47,179 bases of DNA from Pseudomonadota bacterium. GTDB taxonomy: Bacteria; Pseudomonadota; Alphaproteobacteria; Rhizobiales; Xanthobacteraceae. Under the pieces are notes generated by a model. It searched no databases and was not told where the DNA came from. It worked only from the letters and a program-made list of their open reading frames with translations. Of the stretch, positions 30,086 through 37,605 are shown piece after piece. Both the position numbers and the translations under genes were made by a program. Within the stretch, counting starts at the first letter, position 1, and the number at the start of each line of letters is the position of its first letter. The DNA lies in NCBI GenBank assembly GCA_023434095.1, contig JAEYTJ010000022.1, positions 1-47,179 of the forward strand, in the 5' to 3' direction.

Positions 30086-30238
30086 CGAAATCTCCATCCG
30101 GGCTAAGAAGGGCGGTGCGTGACGGGACCCATGCCCTCATGATAGGCGAGCTTAATCGCCATGCACATATGCTGTCGCGAGAGAACTGTGCATGCGCAGC
30201 ATCGGCCCGCCACCCGCGACCAAACCCGAGACACGCCC

Positions 30239-30628
30239 ATGCTTCGCCATCTCGTGCCGCCCGCCGTGCGTGCCCCCTTCGCCCGTTACAGCCATGCGGT
30301 GGAAATCCCCGCCGGCGCGCGGATGCTGCTCGTCTCCGGCCAGCTCGGCATCACGCCGGACGACGCCATCCCCGAGGGCGTAGAAGAGCAGGCCGCGCTG
30401 TGCTTTGCCGCCATCGAGGCGTGTCTGGAGGCCGCAGGAATGGGGCGCGCCGACATCGTGCGGCTGAACGCCTATGTCACCGACCGCGCCCATCTTTCCG
30501 GCTACATGGCGGCGCGCGACCGTTTCATCGCCGATCCGCCGCCGGCTTCCACGCTGATGATCGTCTCCGGCTTCGCCCGGCCCGAGTTCAAGGTGGAGGT
30601 GGAGGCGCTGGCGGCGCGCGCGGATTGA
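30239..30628 (+). CDS. Rid (YjgF/YER057c/UK114) family protein lacking the catalytic Arg
   Basis: YSHAVE, SGQLG, PPASTL and KVEVEALA. Confidence 0.88.
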   Translation: MLRHLVPPAVRAPFARYSHAVEIPAGARMLLVSGQLGITPDDAIPEGVEEQAALCFAAIEACLEAAGMGRADIVRLNAYVTDRAHLSGYMAARDRFIADPPPASTLMIVSGFARPEFKVEVEALAARAD

Positions 30629-30664
30629 GCCTAGAACGCGCCATCCAACGACCGGACCCGTGCC

Positions 30665-31483
30665 ATGCCCCCCAAACGCTTCTGGACCGAACTCAGCTGG
30701 ACCGACTTCGCGCGAGGCGACACCGCGAACTGGATCGCCGTGCTGCCGGTGGCGGCGGTGGAGCAGCACGGGCCGCACTTGCCGGTGGGCGTCGATGCCT
30801 TCATCGGCGAAGGGTATCTGCGAGAAGTGGCGCGGCTTCTGCCGGATGACATTCCCGCCCTGTTCCTTCCCCTTCAGGCGATCGGTAAGTCCAACGAGCA
30901 CCTCGATTTTCCCGGCACGCTGACGTTCTCGGCGGAGACGGTGATCCGGGCCTGGACGGAGATCGGCGAGAGCGTTCACCGCGCCGGGGTGCGCAAGCTG
31001 GTGATCGTCAACTCCCATGGCGGCAACGTGCCGATCCTCGACATCGTGGCGCGGGAGCTGCGCGCCCGGCTCGGCATGCTGGCGGTGATGGTGTCCTGGC
31101 ATCGCTTCGGCTACCCCGAAGGCCTGTTCACCGCGCAGGAGCGCCAGCACGGCATCCATGCCGGCGGGGTCGAGACCTCGCTGATGATGGCCTTCCGGCC
31201 CGATACGGTGGGGGTGGAGGAAGTGCGCGACTTCCCTCCGGTCACGCTCGCCATGGAGCAGGAATTCGCCTTCCTGCGCGCCGGCGCGCCGGCCGGTTTC
31301 GGCTGGATGGCGCAGGACATCCAGCCCGCGGGCGCGATGGGCGACGCCACCGAGGCGAGCCTCGAAAAGGGCGAGGCCTGCGCCCTCTACGGCGCGCGGG
31401 CCTTCGTCGAACTGCTCGGCGACGTTCACCGTTTCGACCTGTCGCGGCTGCCGGCGGGCCGGCGCGGCGGGGCGCCCCGCTGA
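30665..31483 (+). CDS. Creatininase-family amidohydrolase
   Basis: EQHGPHLPVGVD, SNEHLDFPGTL, NSHGGN and HAGGVETS. Confidence 0.92.
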   Translation: MPPKRFWTELSWTDFARGDTANWIAVLPVAAVEQHGPHLPVGVDAFIGEGYLREVARLLPDDIPALFLPLQAIGKSNEHLDFPGTLTFSAETVIRAWTEIGESVHRAGVRKLVIVNSHGGNVPILDIVARELRARLGMLAVMVSWHRFGYPEGLFTAQERQHGIHAGGVETSLMMAFRPDTVGVEEVRDFPPVTLAMEQEFAFLRAGAPAGFGWMAQDIQPAGAMGDATEASLEKGEACALYGARAFVELLGDVHRFDLSRLPAGRRGGAPR

Positions 31484-32538
31484 TGGAAGGCTCGGTCGCA
31501 CGCGGCGGCGCTCTTGCCCGCCACCTCTCCCTCGACGCCGCCCGCACCTATGCCGCGCGGGTGCTGGAGCGCTTCGGCACCGCCCCCGGCAATGCCGCGA
31601 TCACCGCCGACGCGCTGGTGCGGGCCGAGGCGGACGGGCTCGCCACGCATGGTCTCACCCGGCTGCCGAGCTACAGTGCCATGGTGGCGGCCGGCAAGAT
31701 CGACGGCCATGCGGAGCCGAAGATGCGCACCGTCGCCCCGGCGGTGCTGGCGGTCGATGCCGGCAACGGCTTCGCCTACCCCGCCCTCGCGCACGGCCTG
31801 CCGGAACTGACGGCGATGGCGCGGGCGAGCGGCGTGGCGCTGATGGCGGTGCGCCGCTCGAGCCATTTCGGCGTCGCCGGCCAGCCGGTGGAGGCGCTGG
31901 CGCATGAGGGCCTCGTCGGCCTTGCCTTCTCCAACGCCGCCGCCTCCATCGCCCCCTGGGGCGGCCGGCGCGCCGTGTTCGGCACCAACCCCATCGCCTT
32001 CGCCACGCCCTTGAAAGGGCGGGCGCCGGCCGTGGTGGACCTCTCCATCGCCAGGGTGGCGCGCGGCAATTTGCTCGCCGCCGTGCAGCGCGGCGAGGAC
32101 GCCATTCCCGAGGGCTGGGCCTTCGACCGCGACGGCAACCCGACCACCGACGCCAAGGCTGGGCTGGCCGGCACCATGGTGCCGATGGGCGAGGCCAAGG
32201 GCACGGCTCTCGCCTTCGTCGTGGAAGTGATGGCGGCGGCGCTGACCGCCTCCACCTTCTCCTTCGACGCGCCGAGTTTCTTCAATGGCGAAGGGCCGCC
32301 CGCCGCGGTGGGCCATGTGGTCATCGCGATCAATCCCGGCGTGGTCGCCGGCGATGCCTATCTCGACCATCTGGAGCGTCTGGCGCTCGCCATCGAGAGC
32401 GAGCCCGGCGCGCGTCTGCCCGGCACAAGGCGGCTGGTCAACCGCGAACGCGCGGCGCGGAACGGGGTGACCCTCACCGTCGGGGTGCAGCGGGCGCTGG
32501 CGCAGATGGGCTTTTCCGATGCCGCGGGCGGGGGCTGA
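31483..32538 (+). CDS. Ldh_2 family oxidoreductase (ureidoglycolate/sulfolactate/DpkA-like)
   Basis: AEADGLATHGL, SSHFG, GTNPIAF, AKGTALA and RLPG; TGATG translational coupling to the creatininase-family gene. Confidence 0.9.
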   Translation: MEGSVARGGALARHLSLDAARTYAARVLERFGTAPGNAAITADALVRAEADGLATHGLTRLPSYSAMVAAGKIDGHAEPKMRTVAPAVLAVDAGNGFAYPALAHGLPELTAMARASGVALMAVRRSSHFGVAGQPVEALAHEGLVGLAFSNAAASIAPWGGRRAVFGTNPIAFATPLKGRAPAVVDLSIARVARGNLLAAVQRGEDAIPEGWAFDRDGNPTTDAKAGLAGTMVPMGEAKGTALAFVVEVMAAALTASTFSFDAPSFFNGEGPPAAVGHVVIAINPGVVAGDAYLDHLERLALAIESEPGARLPGTRRLVNRERAARNGVTLTVGVQRALAQMGFSDAAGGG

Positions 32539-32575
32539 CAGCAAAAAGGCCCGGACGAAGCCGGGCCTTTCGCTG
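32539..32575. terminator. Terminator (probably bidirectional) between the Ldh_2 gene and ppa
   Basis: AAAAAGGCCCGG-ACGAAG-CCGGGCCTTT. Confidence 0.85.
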
Positions 32576-32598
32576 ACACGCGGACGAATGCGCCGCGT

Positions 32599-33123
32599 TC
32601 ACTTATAGGCGGCGATCGCCTTGAGGATCAGCTCGCGGGCGCGCTCCGGGCCTTCCCAGCCGGCAACCGTGACGGTCTTGCCCTTCTCCAGATCCTTGTA
32701 GTGGGTGAAGAAGTGGCCGATCTGCTCGATGATAAGCTCCGGCAGGTCGGCGTAGCTCTTGATCTTCGAGTGGTACGGGTAGACCGAGTCCGCTGGCACG
32801 GCGAGAATCTTCTCGTCGCCGCCCTTCTCGTCGGTCATCATCAGAACGCCGACGGGGCGGCAGGCGATGACGCAGCCCGCGAGCAGCGGGATCGGCGAGA
32901 TGACGATGACGTCGATCGGGTCGCCGTCATCGCCGAGCGTGTTCGGCACGAAGCCGTAATTGCCGGGATAGAACATCGGCGTGTGCAGGAAGCGGTCGAC
33001 GAAAAGCGCGCCCGACTCCTTGTCGATCTCGTACTTGACCGGCGCGCCGCCGGCCGGGATTTCGATGATGGCGTGGACTTCGTCAGGCGGGTTGGGCCCG
33101 ACCGAAATGCGCGAAATATCCAT
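32599..33123 (-). CDS. ppa: Inorganic pyrophosphatase (family I)
   Basis: IEIP...KYEIDK, DRFL, YPGNYG, DGDPIDV, DEKGGDEK and HFFTHYKDLE. Confidence 0.96.
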   Translation of the reverse strand: MDISRISVGPNPPDEVHAIIEIPAGGAPVKYEIDKESGALFVDRFLHTPMFYPGNYGFVPNTLGDDGDPIDVIVISPIPLLAGCVIACRPVGVLMMTDEKGGDEKILAVPADSVYPYHSKIKSYADLPELIIEQIGHFFTHYKDLEKGKTVTVAGWEGPERARELILKAIAAYK

Positions 33124-33286
33124 GAATGGGCTCCAGCGGCTCAGGGTCGACGGGCCGGCATAGCCGGCGGGCAGAAAGGCGCCCTCTCATAGGTCGATGC
33201 GGGCGCGCCGTCGAGACGTGTCGTCCCATCAATTCGGCGGGCAGGCGCCACCGGATAGAGGTCGGCCGGAGCTCTCGCCGCCAGAT

Positions 33287-33336
33287 TGATACAGTGTATC
33301 TTTTCTCTGGACGAGTGGCGGCGATATACAGTATCA
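33287..33336. promoter_or_regulatory. Two candidate Zur boxes upstream of the zinc operon
   Basis: TGATACAGTGTATCT (33287-33301; perfect GATACA-G-TGTATC core) and CGATATACAGTATCA (33322-33336) resemble the 7-1-7 Zur palindrome. Confidence 0.6.
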
Positions 33337-33358
33337 ATTCCGCCTCTGGAGTTTGAGC

Positions 33359-33667
33359 ATGTCCGTCGCCCCCGTCCGCCTGCACGACCACGCCCACATG
33401 CCCGCCCCTCCGGACGGGCGTGGAACGGCCAGCGACGGCGGGCACGGGATTGCTCATCCCGCGGGACACGACCACGACCACGCCCATGCCGCCGATGCTT
33501 CCCATCTCCACCGCCACCACTCGCATGCGGCGGGCGAGCGCCATCCGGCGGCCCGGCCGGGTTTCTCGCTGCTGCGGCTTTCCGCCCTGCAGCGCCTCGC
33601 CATCGCCCTGCCGCTGGCGGCGGCGCTGTGGGCGATGGCGCTCGCGGTGATCGGGGCGGGCGCGTGA
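33359..33667 (+). CDS. Small His-rich protein with a C-terminal TM helix, first gene of the zinc operon
   Basis: 102 aa with 15 His in the first ~62 residues, then SLLRLSALQRLAIALPLAAALWAMALAV. A GGAG RBS lies upstream and the stop overlaps the ATPase ATG (TGATG). Confidence 0.75.
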   Translation: MSVAPVRLHDHAHMPAPPDGRGTASDGGHGIAHPAGHDHDHAHAADASHLHRHHSHAAGERHPAARPGFSLLRLSALQRLAIALPLAAALWAMALAVIGAGA

Positions 33668-34431
33668 TGGGAAACGTTCTGACTTTCCGCAATCTCACCC
33701 TCGGCTATGACCGCCACCCCGCCGTGCACCATCTCGACGGCGAGGTGGCGGCCGGGGACCTGCTCGCCATTTGCGGGCCGAACGGCGCGGGCAAGTCCAC
33801 CCTGCTCAAGGGCATTGCCGGCGTGCTGTCGCCGCTCACCGGGCGCATCGAGGGCCATATACCGGCGCGGGACATCGCCTATCTGCCGCAGGCGGCGGAG
33901 GTCGACCGCTCCTTCCCCATCGATGTCTACGACCTTGTCTCCATGGGTCTGTGGCGGCGCGCCGGGCTGTTCGGCGGCATCAGCCGCGTCGACCGGGTGC
34001 GGATCGAGGAGGCGCTGGCCGCCGTCGGGTTGGAGGGCTTCGAGGCGCGCCCCATCGGCACCCTGTCGGGCGGTCAGATGCAGCGCGCGCTGTTCGCCCG
34101 CCTGCTGCTGCAGGATGCGCGGCTCCTGCTGCTGGACGAGCCCTTCACCGCGCTCGATGCCGGCACCATCGCCGACCTCACGGCGCTGGTGAAGCGCTGG
34201 AACGGCGAGGGCCGCACGGTCATCGCCGTGCTGCACGATTTCGAGCTGGTGCGCGGGCATTTCCCCCGCACGCTGCTGCTTGCCCGCGAGGCGGTAGCCT
34301 GGGGCGCCACCGGCGAGGTGCTGACCTCCGCCAATCTCGCCGAGGCACGGCGCATGTGCGAGGCCTGGGACGAGGACGCGCCGGCCTGCGCCCCGCCCCA
34401 GAAGTCGCCTGCGGCGGGGAGGGCGGCGTGA
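33667..34431 (+). CDS. Zn/Mn ABC transporter ATP-binding protein (ZnuC/AztA-like)
   Basis: GPNGAGKST, YLPQ, LSGGQMQR, LLLDEPF and VLHD; start re-called at ATG 33667. Confidence 0.92.
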   Translation: MGNVLTFRNLTLGYDRHPAVHHLDGEVAAGDLLAICGPNGAGKSTLLKGIAGVLSPLTGRIEGHIPARDIAYLPQAAEVDRSFPIDVYDLVSMGLWRRAGLFGGISRVDRVRIEEALAAVGLEGFEARPIGTLSGGQMQRALFARLLLQDARLLLLDEPFTALDAGTIADLTALVKRWNGEGRTVIAVLHDFELVRGHFPRTLLLAREAVAWGATGEVLTSANLAEARRMCEAWDEDAPACAPPQKSPAAGRAA

Positions 34432-35297
34432 TCTACGATCTGTTCATCGCTCCCTTCGCCGAGTTCGATTTCATGCGCCGCGCGCTGGTCGGCGTGCTGG
34501 CGCTCGGCATCGGGGCGGGGCCCATCGGCGTGCTGATGATGCTGCGCCGCATGAGTCTCGCCGGCGATGCCATGGCCCACGCCATCTTGCCCGGCGCGGC
34601 GATCGGCTTCCTCGCCGCCGGGCTGAACCTGTTTGCCATGACGGTGGGCGGGCTGGTGGCCGGCTTTGCGGTGGCGCTCGGCGCCGGCGCGGTGGCGCGG
34701 GCGACGCAGATGAAGGAGGACGCGGCGCTGGCCGCCTTCTACCTCATCTCGCTGGCGCTCGGCGTGCTGCTGGTGTCGCTGCGCGGCTCGAATGTCGACC
34801 TGCTGCATGTGCTGTTCGGCACCGTGCTGGCGCTCGACGACGCGACGCTGCTGCTCATCGTCTCGATTTCCAGCCTGACGTTGGTGGCGCTGGCGCTGGC
34901 CTGGCGGCCGCTGGTGCTGGAGAGCGTCGACCCCGGCTTCCTGCGCTCGGTGAGCCGGGCGGGGGCGCCGACGCACCTCATCTTCCTGGCGCTGGTGGTG
35001 ATGAACCTGGTCGGCGGCTTCCATGCGCTCGGCACGCTGCTCGCGGTCGGGCTGATGATGCTTCCCGCCGCCGCCGGGCGCTTCTGGACCCGCGAACTGA
35101 CGACGCTGGTCGGCATCTCGGTGCTGATCGCCTGCGCCTCCGGCGTGCTGGGGCTGCTCGTTTCCTATCACTCGGGCGTGCCCTCCGGGCCCGCCATCAT
35201 TCTCGTCGCCGGCGGCGCCTATGCGCTGTCGGTGCTGTTCGGGCCGGTCGGGGGGCTTCTGCCCCGCTTCCTGCCGCAACGCCATCTCGAAGCCTGA
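34428..35297 (+). CDS. Zn/Mn ABC transporter permease (ZnuB/AztB-like)
   Basis: LRRMSLAGDAMAHAILPG, DLLHVLFG and PSGPAI; GTG start at 34428 (GTGA overlap). Confidence 0.92.
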   Translation: MIYDLFIAPFAEFDFMRRALVGVLALGIGAGPIGVLMMLRRMSLAGDAMAHAILPGAAIGFLAAGLNLFAMTVGGLVAGFAVALGAGAVARATQMKEDAALAAFYLISLALGVLLVSLRGSNVDLLHVLFGTVLALDDATLLLIVSISSLTLVALALAWRPLVLESVDPGFLRSVSRAGAPTHLIFLALVVMNLVGGFHALGTLLAVGLMMLPAAAGRFWTRELTTLVGISVLIACASGVLGLLVSYHSGVPSGPAIILVAGGAYALSVLFGPVGGLLPRFLPQRHLEA

Positions 35298-35308
35298 AGG
35301 AGCCCCCC

Positions 35309-36295
35309 ATGCTCACCCGCCGCCTCGCCCTCGCCGGCGCGCTCGCGTTCGGCCTGTCGCTTCCGCTCGCCCTTCCCGCCGCCGCGCAGGAGACCGCGCC
35401 GAAGATTCCCGTCGTCGCCTCCTTCTCGATTCTCGGCGATTTCGTCCGCGAAATCGGCGGCGACCGGGTCGATGTGACGACGCTCGTCGGCGCCAATGGC
35501 GACGCGCATGTGTTTCAGCCTGCCCCGGCCGACGCCAAGAAGGTGGCTGGCGCGCAGATCGTCTTCGTCAACGGTCTCGGCTTCGAGGGCTGGATCGATC
35601 GGCTGGTGAAGGCCTCCGGCACCAAGGCCGAGATCGTCGTCGCGACCAAGGGCATCACGCCGCGCGAAATGGCCGACGAGGATGAGGACGGCCACGCCGC
35701 GCACGGTTCCAAGGATCACGACCATGCCAAGACGGCGGACGACGCGCATGCCGGGCACGAGCATGGCGGCATCGACCCGCATGCCTGGCAATCGGTGGCC
35801 AATGCGGAAATCTACGTCGCCAATATCCGCGACGCGCTGATCGCCGCCGATCCCGCCGGCAAGGCAGCCTATGAGGCGAATGCGAGCGCCTACACCGCCA
35901 GGCTGGAGGCGCTGGACGCGCAGGTGAAGGCGGCGATGGCGGCCATTCCCGAGAGCCGGCGCCGCATCATCACCTCGCACGACGCCTTCGGCTATTTCGG
36001 CGCGGCCTACGGCATCGAGTTCATCGCGCCGCAGGGCGTCTCCACCGAGGCGGAGGCCTCCGCCAAGGACGTTGCGCGCATCATCCGGCAGATCAAGGCC
36101 GAGAACATTCCGGCGGTGTTCATGGAGAACATCTCCGATCCGCGCCTCGTCAAGCGCATCGCCAAGGAGACCAAGGCGAAGGTCGGCGGCGAGCTGTTTT
36201 CCGACGCGCTTTCCGATGACAAAGGCCCGGCGAGCACCTACATCGACATGATGAAAAACAACATCGGCCAGCTCTCCTCGGCCCTGTCGAGCTGA
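35309..36295 (+). CDS. Zn ABC substrate-binding protein (cluster A-I) with a His/Asp-rich loop
   Basis: DAHVFQP, the DEDEDGHAAHGSKDHDHAK...HAGHEHG loop, DPHAW, TSHDAFGYF and LFSDAL. Confidence 0.93.
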   Translation: MLTRRLALAGALAFGLSLPLALPAAAQETAPKIPVVASFSILGDFVREIGGDRVDVTTLVGANGDAHVFQPAPADAKKVAGAQIVFVNGLGFEGWIDRLVKASGTKAEIVVATKGITPREMADEDEDGHAAHGSKDHDHAKTADDAHAGHEHGGIDPHAWQSVANAEIYVANIRDALIAADPAGKAAYEANASAYTARLEALDAQVKAAMAAIPESRRRIITSHDAFGYFGAAYGIEFIAPQGVSTEAEASAKDVARIIRQIKAENIPAVFMENISDPRLVKRIAKETKAKVGGELFSDALSDDKGPASTYIDMMKNNIGQLSSALSS

Positions 36296-36313
36296 GCGGT
36301 CGGTTCACCGCAT

Positions 36314-36411
36314 CGTCATGGCCGGGCCTATCCCGGCCATCCACGTTTTCCAAGCGGAAGACCTGTCCGAGTGGAAGACATGGATGCCCGGCCCGCGCCC
36401 GGGGCACGACG
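36314..36411. repeat. CGTCAT-tagged REP/RIME-like doublet (family A)
   Basis: CGTCATGGCCGGGCCTATCCCGGCCATCCAC...TGGATGCCCGGCCCGCGCCCGGGGCACGACG; homologous to 12163-12246. Confidence 0.82.
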
Positions 36412-36433
36412 TCCTGAAGAGATCGAGGTTCCC

Positions 36434-37408
36434 ATGCCCGAAACGGCTTCGCCCAAAATTCCCGTCACCGTGCTCACCGGCTATCTCGGCGCCGGCAAGA
36501 CGACGCTGCTCAACCGCATCCTCTCCGAACCGCACGGCAAGAAATTTGCCGTCGTCGTCAACGAGTTCGGCGAGATCGGCATCGACAACGACCTCGTGGT
36601 CGGCGCCGATGAAGAAGTGTTCGAGATGAACAATGGCTGCATCTGCTGCACCGTGCGCGGCGACCTCATCCGCATCATCGACGGCCTGCTTCGGCGCAAG
36701 AACGACTTCGACGGCATCATCATCGAGACCACCGGCCTCGCCGACCCGGCGCCGGTCGCCCAGACCTTCTTCGTCGATGAGACGGTAGGCGCCAAGACCT
36801 CGCTCGACGCGGTGGTGACGGTGGCCGACGCCAAATGGCTGAAGGACCGGTTGAAGGACGCGCCGGAAGCGAAGAACCAGATCGCCTTCGCCGACGTGAT
36901 CCTGCTCAACAAGACGGACCTGGTGTCGGAGACCGAGCTGAAGGACGTGGAGATGCGCATCCGCGCCATCAACCCCTTCGCCCGCATCCACCACACCCAG
37001 CGTTCCGAGATCGCCATCGACAAGGTGCTGGGGCAGGGCGCGTTCGACCTCGACCGCATCCAGGCCATCGACCCGGACTTCCTGGAAGGCGGCCACCGCC
37101 ACTTCCACGACGAGGACATGCGCTCCTATTCCTTCGCCACGGACAAGCCGCTCGATCCCGACAAGTTCTTCCCCTGGATCCAGGAACTGACCCAGCGCGA
37201 GGGCATCAACATCCTGCGGTCCAAGGGCATACTCGCCTTCAAGGACGACGCGGACCGCTTCGTGTTCCAGGGCGTCCACATGATCCTCGACGGCGACCAC
37301 CAGCGCCCCTGGCGGGCGGGCGAGGCGAAGGTGAGCCGCATCGTCTTCATCGGCCGCCAGCTCGACGCGGCGGCGCTGGAGAAGGGCTTCCTCGGCTGCG
37401 TGGCGTAA
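36434..37408 (+). CDS. COG0523/CobW-family G3E GTPase (zinc metallochaperone)
   Basis: TGYLGAGKTT, NEFGE, GCICC, ETTGLADP, LNKTD and CobW_C RSKG; ATG 36434 after GAGG. Confidence 0.94.
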   Translation: MPETASPKIPVTVLTGYLGAGKTTLLNRILSEPHGKKFAVVVNEFGEIGIDNDLVVGADEEVFEMNNGCICCTVRGDLIRIIDGLLRRKNDFDGIIIETTGLADPAPVAQTFFVDETVGAKTSLDAVVTVADAKWLKDRLKDAPEAKNQIAFADVILLNKTDLVSETELKDVEMRIRAINPFARIHHTQRSEIAIDKVLGQGAFDLDRIQAIDPDFLEGGHRHFHDEDMRSYSFATDKPLDPDKFFPWIQELTQREGINILRSKGILAFKDDADRFVFQGVHMILDGDHQRPWRAGEAKVSRIVFIGRQLDAAALEKGFLGCVA

Positions 37409-37434
37409 GGGGCGCCGGGCCAGGCCTCGCCTGT

Positions 37435-37526
37435 CGTCATCCCGGCCGGAGCGGAGCGTAGCCCCGGGATCGCTTTCCCTCCTGACAACGATCCCGGATA
37501 CGGCCTGACGGCCGTTCCGGGATACG
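37435..37526. repeat. CGTCAT-tagged REP/RIME-like doublet (family B)
   Basis: CGTCATCCCGGCCGGAGCGGAGCGTAGCCCCGGGATCG...CGATCCCGGATACGGCCTGACGGCCGTTCCGGGATACG; two internal hairpins in inverted orientation. Confidence 0.75.
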
Positions 37527-37605
37527 CGTGGGAGGGGACTTCCGTCGTGACGCCGGCCGCAAATTGGGCTAACCCGGCACGTCCCTCCAGCGACGCCGGA
37601 AAACG

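Noticed and set aside
33286..35297. Extended 381-aa ATPase and 508-aa permease ORFs
   Set aside because: The extensions overlap upstream genes in other frames; the coupled starts at 33667 and 34428 fit better.
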